A stretch of DNA of 40,137 nucleotides, taken from the sequence record SRR22947727_1342; one strand, given 5' to 3'. The notes below the pieces were generated by a model. That model did not search any database and was not told the origin of the DNA. It was given only the letters and a program-made list of their open reading frames with translations. How positions within the stretch are numbered: position 1 is the first letter of the stretch; each line of letters begins with the position of its first letter. Made by a program: the position numbers and the translations under genes. Below are positions 1 to 9,746 of this stretch, in pieces.

Positions 1-1
1 G

Positions 2-643
2 TTTCGGATTGAGCCGCATCCCTATGCGTCTGTCGGAGCTCCCTATGGCCAAGGAAAGGACCCGTTTCGTTTGCGATCCGGTGTCGTCAGGCGCTTACTT
101 CAGGCGCAGGATCAATTGCGTCACCGTGCCCCTGAGCTCCGTTTCGCCATCTTCGATGCATGGAGACCGATCAGCGTTCAGGCCTTCATGGTGAATTACA
201 CCATCGATCAGCTATGCCGAGAACGGGGTGTCGATCGCGATGATCCTCGTCAAGCAGCTGACTTGCAGACTGTGGAATCTGACGTGGGGCGCTTTTGGGC
301 TCCACCGAGTCGAAATCCTCAGACCCCTCCCCCCCATAGCACCGGCGCTGCTGTGGATCTCACCCTTGCAACGGATGCTGGCGAGCTGCTGGCGATGGGT
401 TCACCGATTGATGCCATTGGAGCCGTTTCAGAACCTGATGTCTTCGCCAATGCATCCGATCCAGCGGAGCAGCTCTTTCATCAACGCCGAGACCTTTTGC
501 GCACGGTGATGGCGTCTGCCGGGTTTGCTCAACACCCAAATGAATGGTGGCACTATTCCTATGGCGACCAATTGTGGGCTTGGCGGAGTGGCGCCGAAGC
601 AGCGATCTATGCGGAAGCAGGAAGCAATTCAGCAACCCCTTGA
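2..643 (+). CDS. D-alanyl-D-alanine dipeptidase (M15/VanX-DdpX family), 5'-truncated by the window edge
   Basis: The frame is open from base 2 (FRIEPHPY...), upstream of the ORF-track start at 71. VanX-type motifs: DAWRP, PPHSTGAAVDLTL, NEWWHYSYGD. The 3' end overlaps the sir 3' end by 37 bp. Confidence 0.88.
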   Translation, partial: FRIEPHPYASVGAPYGQGKDPFRLRSGVVRRLLQAQDQLRHRAPELRFAIFDAWRPISVQAFMVNYTIDQLCRERGVDRDDPRQAADLQTVESDVGRFWAPPSRNPQTPPPHSTGAAVDLTLATDAGELLAMGSPIDAIGAVSEPDVFANASDPAEQLFHQRRDLLRTVMASAGFAQHPNEWWHYSYGDQLWAWRSGAEAAIYAEAGSNSATP

Positions 644-2349
644 TCGCCAAGTTTGTTGATGTGATCTCCAAAGCTCCTTCTCCCACCAGCTGCTTTCCAG
701 CTCAGCAACAGTGGCTCGATGGTTTGCTCTAGATCCTTGAGTGGAAGCTTCTCCACGTAAGGGCGCGCCAGATTTTGCAAATTCGGGGTGCCGCCCAGCC
801 AGAGCTGGTATTGATTCACCCCATTTCCCACCAAGGCAAGCTCAGCCATGTAGGGCCGTGCACAGCCATTGGGGCAGCCAGTCATACGCACCAGTAGGGA
901 TTTTTCAATCTCCAGACGTCTGAGCTGGGCATCGAGTCGATCCAACACATCGGGAAGAATCCGCTCGGATTCTGTAATCGCTAAACCGCATGTCGGCAGT
1001 GCTGGACAGGCAATCGCATGTCGGGCCAAGGGTGCCGGTGACTCCGGTACATCAAAGCCAAGCTCAGCCAAAGCCGATCGAATACCAGCGCGTTGTGCGG
1101 TTCCGATGTTGCAGAGCAATAGATCTTGGTTTGCCGTGAGCCTGATTTCCAGCTGATAGGTCTCGACGAGCTGCCGTAGCCCTTGCTTGAGCTTCCCTTC
1201 CAACCGGCCGCATAGCAGGGGTAGTCCCACAAACCAGAGCCCGGCCCGCTGACGGTGCCAACCCAAGTAGTCGAGGAGTTTGGGTTTGGGTTCGTTGCGG
1301 AGTCCTGTGAGCTCAGCCTTGAAATAATCCTGCTGCAACGTCTGGCGGAACCATTGAATTCCTTTGTCGTGCAGCAAATATTTCATCCGAGCGTGGGGTC
1401 GGATGACCCGGTCGCCATGGTCTCGCTGTAGCGCGAGGATCGACTGAACCACGTCTAAGACGTGTTCTGCTGCAACGTATCCGAGGGGATCAGCGATGCG
1501 AGCGAACGTTTCTTCCTTGTTGTGGGTGCGTCCCATTCCACCGCCCACATAAACATTGCAACCTTTCAATTCTCCAGACGGATGGGTGAAGACCACCAAT
1601 CCGATGTCTTGCGTGAGGAGATCGATGGAGTTGTCGCCGGGCACGGTGACGCCAACTTTGAATTTTCTTGGCAGGTAGGTGTCGCCGTAGAGAGGCTCAG
1701 CCTTACTTCCGGAGTAGACCCTGCCTTCCGATTGGCGTTGTCGCGCCTGTTTTACCGCCTTGGATGGTTTGAAGCGATAGCTGAGGTCGCCATCCACCCA
1801 AAGGTCGAGATACGACCCTTCAGCTGCTTCTGGGCTGAGCAGGTCGGCAATCTCGTCAGCTAACTGCCGTGCAGCTGGGTAACCACCTTTTTCATAGGGG
1901 GCAGGGGGAGCCATCACATTTCTGTTGATGTCGCCACAGGCAGCAAGGGTGGATCCCAAGTTGCGCACGATGGTGCCGATCACCTCTTTCAGATCGGCTT
2001 TAGGGATCCCGTGCATCTGGAAGGCCTGACGGGTCGTGGCTCGAAGGGTTCCATCTCCAATTCGGTTTGAGAGCTCATCGAGGGCCAAAAACAATTGGGC
2101 AGGGATTCGTCCACCCGGGCTGCGAAGCCGCAGCATCATTTGCCAGCTGCGGATCTTGTCGGTTTTTCTGAGTTCTCGGTGGTGCTGTTGATAGCTGCCA
2201 TGAAACTTCAGGAGCTGAACAGCGTCCTCGCTGAAGCGCACCTCATCGTTGCCAAGTTCCGTCAACAACGGCTCGCGCAGATGGTCGCTGTCGAGCTTGC
2301 GTTGCTCTGCTTTTGAGAGGCTGTTGGTTTGAGGTTCCGCCACGTCCAC
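607..2349 (-). CDS. sir: Ferredoxin-dependent sulfite reductase (siroheme/4Fe-4S)
   Basis: 580 aa. Motifs LKFHGSYQQ, RATTRQAFQMHG, ACGDINRN, YLPRKFK. Siroheme/Fe-S cysteine motifs CPALPTC and TGCPNGC. Confidence 0.93.
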   Translation of the reverse strand: MDVAEPQTNSLSKAEQRKLDSDHLREPLLTELGNDEVRFSEDAVQLLKFHGSYQQHHRELRKTDKIRSWQMMLRLRSPGGRIPAQLFLALDELSNRIGDGTLRATTRQAFQMHGIPKADLKEVIGTIVRNLGSTLAACGDINRNVMAPPAPYEKGGYPAARQLADEIADLLSPEAAEGSYLDLWVDGDLSYRFKPSKAVKQARQRQSEGRVYSGSKAEPLYGDTYLPRKFKVGVTVPGDNSIDLLTQDIGLVVFTHPSGELKGCNVYVGGGMGRTHNKEETFARIADPLGYVAAEHVLDVVQSILALQRDHGDRVIRPHARMKYLLHDKGIQWFRQTLQQDYFKAELTGLRNEPKPKLLDYLGWHRQRAGLWFVGLPLLCGRLEGKLKQGLRQLVETYQLEIRLTANQDLLLCNIGTAQRAGIRSALAELGFDVPESPAPLARHAIACPALPTCGLAITESERILPDVLDRLDAQLRRLEIEKSLLVRMTGCPNGCARPYMAELALVGNGVNQYQLWLGGTPNLQNLARPYVEKLPLKDLEQTIEPLLLSWKAAGGRRSFGDHINKLGDQGVAELLPASA

Positions 2350-2436
2350 AGAGCCTTCTCTTGCTCAGATCAGGAGTTATCCGCAAACCGTAGCGAAACG
2401 GCTTCCAATACAGTCGGCTTGGCTCCTGTCCGTGTC

Positions 2437-4599
2437 GTGACAACAACGTTTCTTCTTGAAATCGGCACTGAAGAATTGCCGGCAGATTTTGTGCGTCAAG
2501 CGCTCGATCAACTCCGAGAACGGGTTCCGCACGACCTTGCTGAAGCACGGTTGAGCCATGGATCGATTTCGATCTTTGGAACCCCACGCCGTTTAGTGGT
2601 GTCGGTCCCCCACTTGGACGACCGTCAACCCGATCTCCGTGAAGAGCGAAAAGGTCCTCCGGTTGCTCAGGCTTTCAAAGATGGTGTTCCAGGCCCCGCA
2701 GCGATTGGCTTCGCCAAACGCTGCGGCATCGATGCATCGCAGCTCGAGCAACGCGATACACCCAAAGGTCCGTGTGTCTTCGCCACAGTGTTGACGGCAG
2801 GGCGCGACGGTGTGTCTCTGCTTAGTGAGCTAATCCCATCCTGGATTGATGCACTGCAGGGCCGTCGCTTTATGCGATGGGGAACTGGGACCCAGCGCTT
2901 CAGTCGACCCATTCGTTGGTTGGTGGCGCTCCATGGCGACGATGTGATCGATGTGGAGATGCCTGGAGCAGACCCCGTGGTTCGAAGCGACCGCTTCAGC
3001 CGTGGCCATCGTCTCCATGGCAACCAACAGTTGTGTATTGCGTCGGCGAATCAGTACGTCAAAACCCTCCAAGAGGCTGGGGTTGTGGTGGATCGCGATG
3101 AACGATCTCGCCTGATCCGAGCATCGATCGATCAAGGGGCTGAAGCCGCAGAGGGGGAGGCCAACTGCCCAGACAGACTTTTTGAAGAACTCGTTGATCT
3201 TGTTGAGGATCCCCGGGTTTTGCAGGGGCAAATTGCGGAGCGATTTCTGCAATTACCCCCTGAGGTGATTTCCACCGTGATGCAAGCGCATCAGCGCTAT
3301 GTGCCGTTGCAGATTCCTGGACTCGACCCAGACCCGTTGCGATTAACGGCCGAGGCGGTCCTGCGCCCTGAGTTTTTGTTGGTGGCGAATGGCCTTGAGC
3401 AGGCCTCGGCGTTGATTACCCGGGGCAATGAGCGGGTCTTAGGAGCTCGTCTTGCCGATGCAGAGTTTTTCCTCGAGGTTGATCGACGTCAGGCCAGTGC
3501 GACGCGTCGTGATGCTCTAAGCCGCGTCACGTTTGCCGAGGGGCTTGGCAGTCTTCGTGATCGTTGTGATCGGATTGAACGCCTCACAAACCAGCTCTTA
3601 ACTGACCTTGCGCTGTCGGATTCGGTTGCTACGGCGACCCGTCGTGCGGCACATCTGTGCAAGCACGATCTTGTTAGTCAGATGGTGGGTGAATTCCCTG
3701 AACTTCAGGGGTTGATGGGAGGCAAATATCTACTGGAGGAAGGCGAATCCCGCGATGTGGCGCTGGCGGTTGTGGAGCACTACTTACCCCGGGGTGCAGG
3801 AGACGATTTGCCGAGCACTGATGCTGGTGCCGTTGTGGCCCTGGCTGAGCGATTTGAGCTGCTACTCAGCATTTTCGCCAAGGGGGAACGCCCCACTGGC
3901 TCATCCGATCCCTACGCCCTACGTCGGGCGGGCAACGGTGTGCTGCTCATTCTTTGGAATCAAGGTTGGAAAATCGATCTCAATGTCTTTCTTGCTAAGG
4001 CCGTTGAAGCCTGGAGAGAGCTTTTTCCAGCTTTTGCGGTGGACACAGCCCAATTGACCAGCGATCTCTCAGCCTTGTTGCGACAGCGCATCACGTCGCA
4101 ACTCGAAGACGATGGTTATGCCACCGATTTGGTTCAGGCGGTGGCTGGCGACACAGTTTCGACGACGCGGCTGTTGCGCGATCCCCTGGATGTGCGGGTT
4201 CGTATTCAACTGCTGCGTGGCTTGAGAGATCAGGGGCGATTGACGGCTGTGCAAGCGGTGGTCCAGCGTGCTTCTCGTTTGGCTGAAAAGGGTGACCTAC
4301 CATTAGAAGTGTTGTCCAGCACTGAAGTGGTGGACCCTTCGCGGTTTGAGTCGGCCAGTGAGAAGGGGCTGTTCAACGCGACAAAACGATTGAATCCCCT
4401 CGCTGAACGTGGTGCCTATCAAGAACTCTGTGACGTTCTCGTGGAATCAACACCGGCACTTGAGGCGTTCTTTGATGGTGACCAGAGTGTGATGGTGATG
4501 GCCGATGATCCGGCCCTTCGAATGAACCGACTCAACTTGCTCGGGGTGTTACGCAATCAAGCGGCTGTCTTCGCTCAATTTGAGTTGATTCAAAGCTGA
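2437..4599 (+). CDS. glyS: Glycine--tRNA ligase beta subunit
   Basis: N-terminal FLLEIGTEELP, then TPRRL, FSRPIRW, EFPELQG, PTGSSDPYALRR and C-terminal RMNRLNLL. Start moved to GTG 2437 because the ORF-track extension from 2329 overlaps sir. Confidence 0.96.
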   Translation: MTTTFLLEIGTEELPADFVRQALDQLRERVPHDLAEARLSHGSISIFGTPRRLVVSVPHLDDRQPDLREERKGPPVAQAFKDGVPGPAAIGFAKRCGIDASQLEQRDTPKGPCVFATVLTAGRDGVSLLSELIPSWIDALQGRRFMRWGTGTQRFSRPIRWLVALHGDDVIDVEMPGADPVVRSDRFSRGHRLHGNQQLCIASANQYVKTLQEAGVVVDRDERSRLIRASIDQGAEAAEGEANCPDRLFEELVDLVEDPRVLQGQIAERFLQLPPEVISTVMQAHQRYVPLQIPGLDPDPLRLTAEAVLRPEFLLVANGLEQASALITRGNERVLGARLADAEFFLEVDRRQASATRRDALSRVTFAEGLGSLRDRCDRIERLTNQLLTDLALSDSVATATRRAAHLCKHDLVSQMVGEFPELQGLMGGKYLLEEGESRDVALAVVEHYLPRGAGDDLPSTDAGAVVALAERFELLLSIFAKGERPTGSSDPYALRRAGNGVLLILWNQGWKIDLNVFLAKAVEAWRELFPAFAVDTAQLTSDLSALLRQRITSQLEDDGYATDLVQAVAGDTVSTTRLLRDPLDVRVRIQLLRGLRDQGRLTAVQAVVQRASRLAEKGDLPLEVLSSTEVVDPSRFESASEKGLFNATKRLNPLAERGAYQELCDVLVESTPALEAFFDGDQSVMVMADDPALRMNRLNLLGVLRNQAAVFAQFELIQS

Positions 4600-4610
4600 C
4601 GGTTTCGTTG

Positions 4611-4654
4611 GCAGCGGCGCCTCGAAAGGCTATCGAGGAGCTGCTGCATTTTTT
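4611..4654 (+). terminator. Intrinsic terminator downstream of glyS
   Basis: Stem GCAGCGGC-G-CCTCGA / TCGAGG-A-GCTGCTGC with loop AAGGCTA, followed by ATTTTTT; begins 12 nt after the glyS stop. Confidence 0.75.
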
Positions 4655-4736
4655 CGACATCACCGATCAACAGAACGCATCAGAAACGGGCTCTCAGCAA
4701 CAAGCTCCGGTCGTGATTCGTTAGGGAGGTAATGGT

Positions 4737-4898
4737 TTGGGATCCATTGAGGCGGCATTGATCATTGCCGGTGCGGCGATTTACGCCATCAATGTGTGGT
4801 CAACCACCAAAAAAGAAACTGCCCCAGGCAAGAACCTGGAGCAGGGAATCGAACGGCTGAAGGACGCCGCGGGTCAAGCGATGGACTCTCGCCAGTGA
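4737..4898 (+). CDS. Small hypothetical membrane protein (53 aa; below the ORF-track cutoff)
   Basis: GGGAGGT Shine-Dalgarno at 4724-4730, TTG at 4737, TGA at 4896-4898. Translation MGSIEAALIIAGAAIYAINVWSTTKKETAPGKNLEQGIERLKDAAGQAMDSRQ: a hydrophobic N-terminal helix followed by a charged helix. Confidence 0.6.
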   Translation: MGSIEAALIIAGAAIYAINVWSTTKKETAPGKNLEQGIERLKDAAGQAMDSRQ

Positions 4899-4917
4899 GG
4901 TTGGAGGGAATCTGGAG

Positions 4918-6276
4918 TTAATTCACTCCGGCTTTTTCTTTCCTTTCTTGTTCCTTGGCTTGGGCTTTGATCTGTTGGGAGGCTTCCTCTGCGAGAAAAT
5001 CACCATCAGAGCGACCCACTGCTGAAGGCACTGGCTTGTAAACCGGAGGAGCAAGCGCTTCTCCACGGAGCAAACTTCCCAGGGTGCGCAGCGTGAGTTT
5101 CACCTGTTGCCAGGGATTCATCAGCACCACCCGCTTGTAGAGGTAGCTGTCAAAGGTGAGGCGTTGTACATCTTTGTCGTCGCACATTTCGACAAAGGCT
5201 TCCCGCGCTGCGTCGTTCCGATAAAAAATGCGTTGCAAGATATCGAGAACGGCATAGGTAGCGCCGTATTTCCGATCCCAACGCTTGAGATAGGTGGATT
5301 TGATTTGCTTCTCCGTCGGAACGTTCGCACCGTTGTTGGAGATTTCAACAATCGCTTCCGCGCACATCCGGCCACTTTTGGCAGCGAAGTAGATCCCTTC
5401 TCCAGAACTTTTGGTGACGTATCCAGCGGCATCACCCACAAGCGCCATGCGTCCAACGACGCGGCGAGGCCGTGGATGCTCTGGGATTGGGTGAGCTTCA
5501 ACCTTGATCACTTCACCCTTGAAAAGCCGTTTGGTGGCGCGTTCACGGATGCCCTTCTGCAAACCCTTAATCAGGCTTTGGTTTTGTTGCATCGTGCCGG
5601 TACCAACCGCCACGTGGTCATATTTCGGGAACACCCAGGCATAGAAATCGGGCGACACGTCTGTGCCGACGTACATCTCGGCGAGATCCTCGTAATAGGT
5701 CATCTCCTCAGGCGGAAGTTTGATCCGTTCCTGGAAAGCAATCGCCACGTTGTAATCACCGGCGTCCATCGCCTTCGCCACACGCGAGTTGGCGCCATCG
5801 GCACCGACGATCAGATCCACATCGAGGGTTTTAGGTTCACCTGTAGGACCGCCACTGCTGTAGTCGGCGTAATGGATGCAGTACGGCCCTTGACGATTTT
5901 TGCCGGTGTCGATTTTTTGCACCAGGCCATTGATCAACGTGGTGCCAAGGTCCGCCGCGCGGTTCCGTAAGAAGGCATCAAACACCTCCCTTCGGCACAT
6001 ACCGATGTAGGCATTTTCGTCGTAACCGAGGGGATCGAGCTGAATATCCACCTCTCGATTGGAGGGGGAAATCATTTTCATGTTCCTCACCTTTCGATCG
6101 ATGATCGAATCAGGGAGGTTGAATTCCTCAACCATGCAAAGCGGAATGGCACCACCACAGGGTTTGGCGTTGTCCAGTTTTCGCTCGAACAACCAAGTTT
6201 CGATTCCAGCCTTCGCGAGAATTTCCGCCGCGCAAGAACCACTTGGTCCTCCGCCAATCACTGCGACTCTCAACAT
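4918..6276 (-). CDS. chlP: Geranylgeranyl reductase
   Basis: 452 aa. FAD-binding VIGGGPSG, AKPCGGAIP, GADGANS, YAWVFPK, LVGDAAG...GEGIYFA. Confidence 0.96.
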   Translation of the reverse strand: MLRVAVIGGGPSGSCAAEILAKAGIETWLFERKLDNAKPCGGAIPLCMVEEFNLPDSIIDRKVRNMKMISPSNREVDIQLDPLGYDENAYIGMCRREVFDAFLRNRAADLGTTLINGLVQKIDTGKNRQGPYCIHYADYSSGGPTGEPKTLDVDLIVGADGANSRVAKAMDAGDYNVAIAFQERIKLPPEEMTYYEDLAEMYVGTDVSPDFYAWVFPKYDHVAVGTGTMQQNQSLIKGLQKGIRERATKRLFKGEVIKVEAHPIPEHPRPRRVVGRMALVGDAAGYVTKSSGEGIYFAAKSGRMCAEAIVEISNNGANVPTEKQIKSTYLKRWDRKYGATYAVLDILQRIFYRNDAAREAFVEMCDDKDVQRLTFDSYLYKRVVLMNPWQQVKLTLRTLGSLLRGEALAPPVYKPVPSAVGRSDGDFLAEEASQQIKAQAKEQERKEKAGVN

Positions 6277-6384
6277 CTCAGCAAAACTCCGCTGGTCTGT
6301 TTTTTAAAGCTACTACCGAGAAATCAACTTGTCTTGGTAGCACGGGCTTACACCCTTACGATCGAAACAACATGCATCAGCGCT

Positions 6385-7137
6385 GTGGTTCGGCCATCCT
6401 CTGCGCGACGCTCTGAGCGCGATGACATTCCCGTTGCACAACGCTCTCGACCGCCACGTCAACGCAAACAAAACAGCGGGCTTGGTCTGTTAATGGGGTG
6501 TCTTTTCATTGGCGGTGGGAGTGTTCTGGCCGTGATGGTGGCTCCACAGTTGTTGATGGGCATGGCCCCAAGTGAACCGTTTGAAATTCGTGAATTTCGT
6601 CAACGGCCCGATGCAGATGGTCGTTTGCTAGGTCACTTTCCTTACCGCGAGGCCTTAATTGAAGAGCTGATTGTTTTTCAACCCGGCGTGGAATTGCATG
6701 TTGATACGGCAGCGGCATTGAATTCGATGATGAATGCCGCCATTGCTGATGGCATTGATCTTCGTTTGCTCAGCGGGTATCGCTCTCAAGCACTTCAGGA
6801 ATCAATCTTTTTCGATGTGGCATCGGAACGCAATCAAACGCCTGAAGAGCGTGCGCAGGTTTCAGCTCCCCCTGGGTATTCCGAACACAGCACTGGTTAT
6901 GCGATCGATCTCGGCGATGGGGAGGCTCAAGAAACCAACTTGTCCACGCAATTCCAAAACACCCAAGCCTTCCGATGGCTACAAGATCACGCTGCTCGTT
7001 ATCACTTCGTTCTCTCGTTCCCTGATGGAAACGATCAAGGGGTGATGTATGAGCCGTGGCATTGGCGATATGAAGGCTCCGCAGACGCCCTGCGTCAATT
7101 TGAAGCTGCTCGTCGCTACTCCCGTCCTCGCCCGTGA
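6385..7137 (+). CDS. D-alanyl-D-alanine carboxypeptidase (M15B/VanY family), membrane anchored
   Basis: Motifs SGYRS, SAPPGYSEHSTGYAID and YEPWHWRY, with an N-terminal TM segment. Start GTG 6385 is likely; the ORF track starts at 6334. Confidence 0.88.
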   Translation: MVRPSSARRSERDDIPVAQRSRPPRQRKQNSGLGLLMGCLFIGGGSVLAVMVAPQLLMGMAPSEPFEIREFRQRPDADGRLLGHFPYREALIEELIVFQPGVELHVDTAAALNSMMNAAIADGIDLRLLSGYRSQALQESIFFDVASERNQTPEERAQVSAPPGYSEHSTGYAIDLGDGEAQETNLSTQFQNTQAFRWLQDHAARYHFVLSFPDGNDQGVMYEPWHWRYEGSADALRQFEAARRYSRPRP

Positions 7138-9689
7138 AGTCTCCTGAGCTGTTGTCCCCAGCTGGAGACTGGGCTGCTCTTAAAGCGGCAGTTGCATCCG
7201 GTGCCGACGCGGTCTACTTCGGTGTTGATGCCTTCAATGCAAGACAGCGTGCCGAAAACTTTCGTTTGGAAGAACTGCCGCAACTAATGCATTGGCTGCA
7301 TCAGCGCGGTGTGCGGGGCTTCCTCACCTTCAACGTGCTGGTATTTAGCGAAGAGCTGGAGTCGGCGGCCCAGTTGCTCCTTGCTGCAGATCAAGCCGGT
7401 GTTGATGCGGTGATTGTGCAAGACGTTGGCCTTTGTCGATTAGCCCAACGCTTGGTGCCGCGATTAACCCTGCATGGTTCGACGCAGATGTCGATCACAA
7501 GTGCCGCGGGTGTGGCCCAAGCCGCTGCTTTGGGTTGTGAACGGGTTGTTTTGGCTCGTGAGCTGTCTTTGCAGGATCTTGAGCGGCTTCAAAATCAGCT
7601 CACCCAGAGGCATTTGCAAATTCCTTTGGAAGTGTTTGTGCATGGCGCGTTGTGTGTGGCCTACTCGGGCCAGTGCCTCACGAGTGAATCGTTGGGGCAA
7701 CGCAGTGCCAACCGTGGTGAATGCGCCCAAGCCTGCCGCCTTCCCTATGAAATGGTCGTGGATGGCACGTCTCATTCCCTTGAAGATCAGCGTTATTTGC
7801 TGTCCCCACAGGATCTTGCCGCCTGGGAACTGCTGCCGGATTTGCAGCGCATTGGTATCGCCAGTCTCAAGATTGAGGGTCGCTTAAAAGACGCCACCTA
7901 TGTCGCTGCTGTGACGGAGGCCTATCGCAATCGGCTGGATCAGCAGGAAGAAGACTCTTCAGCAGTGCGACGACAGCTGGAGCTTGCCTTTTCCCGTGGT
8001 CTGTCCACCGGTTGGTTGAAGGGAGTGAACCACCGTCAATTGGTGCATGGGCGTTGGAGTAAGAAGCGAGGCCCGTTGGTGGGGCAACTTTTGGGTGTTG
8101 AGCGGGGGGGATGGCTTCAAATTCGAAGTCGTGAGCGGATTCGGCCAGGCCAAGGCATTGTTTTGGAGGTGTTGTCGTCTGATCCGTTAACTCCACCCCG
8201 TGAGATTGGTGGCCGTGTGATGGCCTGTGAGCAGATCGGTCGAGAGCGTTTGAAACTTCGTTTAGGTCCTCACCGTCTTGAGACCGAAGCGCTGAGGGCT
8301 GGTGCATCGGTATGGCTTACGAGCGATCCGGCTTGGCAAGCCCAGTGGCAACGAGCCTCCCGTCGCGTTGTCGAGCCCGTATCAACCCCTTTGGTGGTTG
8401 CGGTGGTTGGTGCGGTGGATCAGCCCCTAACGATCGAGGTCCTTCAACCGAGCACCGCAGGACTCAGCGTGAAAAGCGCGATGCCTCTTCAAGTCGCAAG
8501 CCAACGCCCACTGGATCACCAGCGACTGACTGAGCAACTGGGACGTCTGGGGGGCACGGCTTGGCGGTTAGAGCGCCTTGAGCTCCATCTGGAGGGGGAT
8601 CTCTTCTTGCCCGTAGCTGAACTGAATCGGATGCGTCGTCAACTGCTGGATGCGCTTGAAACCTTCGCAGAAGCTGAGGAAGCCTCAACGGCAGATCCTG
8701 CGGTGACTGTGGATAGTGGGCTGAATGTGCATGACGTCCTCGTGCCGATGCTGAGCTCCCTCGCGGGCTCTTCGACCCCTCTAAACCCTGTGGATCCTCA
8801 GGTGCCTGGTTTGGTGGTGCTCGTGCGCAGTCTTCAGCAGCTAAAGGCCCTTAAGGCTTTGCCTACGTCAATGGCTCCCATTCGATCGGTTGTGGCAGAC
8901 CTCGAGCATCCGCGTGAAGTGCGTGAAGCCGTTGCCATCGCACGTGGGCATTGGCCAGAGGGGATTTGGCTGGCCGGTTCCCGTGTCACACGCCCCAATG
9001 AACGGTGGACTTTGGAACCCTTAATTCGAGCCCGACCCGATGGCTTTCTGGTTCGCAATGCCGATCAACTGGAAACCTTGTCTCCACTAGCACCTTGTAT
9101 CGGTGATTTCTCCTTGAACGTCGCCAACCCCCTGGCGATGTCTTGGTATCGCGAGCATTGGGGTCTGAAACGCCTCACAGCGAGTTACGACCTCAATTTG
9201 CAGCAATTGCTTGATTTGACCTCCCATGTCGATGCATCGGCGCTGGAAATCACGCTCCACCAGCACATGCCCTTGTTCCACATGGAACACTGCTTGTTTT
9301 GCGCCTTCCTTTCCGAAGGACATGACCACACAGATTGCGGTCGTCCCTGCGAGTCGCACACGGTGACATTGAGGGATCGCAGCGGCGTTGAACATCCGCT
9401 GCGCGCTGATTTGGGATGCCGCAACACCCTGTTTAACGGCACGGCCCAGACCGGGGTTGAGGCTCTCCCCGTCTTAAGAAAGGCAGGTGTGACCTCTTTT
9501 CGTCTCGAGTTATTGGATGAGGATGCTGAGTCGACGCTGAGGCGTGTGCGTCTTTATGCCGATGCGTTGGCGGGTCGACTGGCTTCTAAAGACGTTTGGC
9601 GCCAGGAACGCATCCACGACCAACTTGGCGTCACGCGAGGGAGCCTGTTGGTGAAGGGGCCGGAAAAGACCAGTCGCGTCTCACGTTGA
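7134..9689 (+). CDS. U32 family protein with C-terminal extension (RlhA-like rRNA hydroxylase/DUF3656)
   Basis: ELLSPAG, GADAVYFG, EVFVHGALCVAYSGQC...SANRGECAQACR (Fe-S cysteines), SLKIEGR. 851 aa; GTGA overlap with the upstream stop. Confidence 0.85.
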   Translation: MKSPELLSPAGDWAALKAAVASGADAVYFGVDAFNARQRAENFRLEELPQLMHWLHQRGVRGFLTFNVLVFSEELESAAQLLLAADQAGVDAVIVQDVGLCRLAQRLVPRLTLHGSTQMSITSAAGVAQAAALGCERVVLARELSLQDLERLQNQLTQRHLQIPLEVFVHGALCVAYSGQCLTSESLGQRSANRGECAQACRLPYEMVVDGTSHSLEDQRYLLSPQDLAAWELLPDLQRIGIASLKIEGRLKDATYVAAVTEAYRNRLDQQEEDSSAVRRQLELAFSRGLSTGWLKGVNHRQLVHGRWSKKRGPLVGQLLGVERGGWLQIRSRERIRPGQGIVLEVLSSDPLTPPREIGGRVMACEQIGRERLKLRLGPHRLETEALRAGASVWLTSDPAWQAQWQRASRRVVEPVSTPLVVAVVGAVDQPLTIEVLQPSTAGLSVKSAMPLQVASQRPLDHQRLTEQLGRLGGTAWRLERLELHLEGDLFLPVAELNRMRRQLLDALETFAEAEEASTADPAVTVDSGLNVHDVLVPMLSSLAGSSTPLNPVDPQVPGLVVLVRSLQQLKALKALPTSMAPIRSVVADLEHPREVREAVAIARGHWPEGIWLAGSRVTRPNERWTLEPLIRARPDGFLVRNADQLETLSPLAPCIGDFSLNVANPLAMSWYREHWGLKRLTASYDLNLQQLLDLTSHVDASALEITLHQHMPLFHMEHCLFCAFLSEGHDHTDCGRPCESHTVTLRDRSGVEHPLRADLGCRNTLFNGTAQTGVEALPVLRKAGVTSFRLELLDEDAESTLRRVRLYADALAGRLASKDVWRQERIHDQLGVTRGSLLVKGPEKTSRVSR

Positions 9690-9746
9690 GATAACCTTTC
9701 GCAGCGCCGTCGTGGCGTTCTTCACAATTCCTGACGAATATCCCGT

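Noticed and set aside
2329-2436. N-terminal extension of glyS in the ORF track
   Set aside because: It overlaps the divergent sir start, and GlyS homology begins at TTFLLEIG after GTG 2437.
5107-5970. 287-aa ORF antisense to chlP
   Set aside because: It lies entirely opposite a conserved gene and has no recognisable motif; typical shadow ORF from codon bias.
2-7137. Two VanX/VanY-like peptidases as a vancomycin-resistance locus
   Set aside because: No vanA/vanH/vanRS genes; both sit among core genes at core GC, consistent with housekeeping peptidoglycan enzymes.
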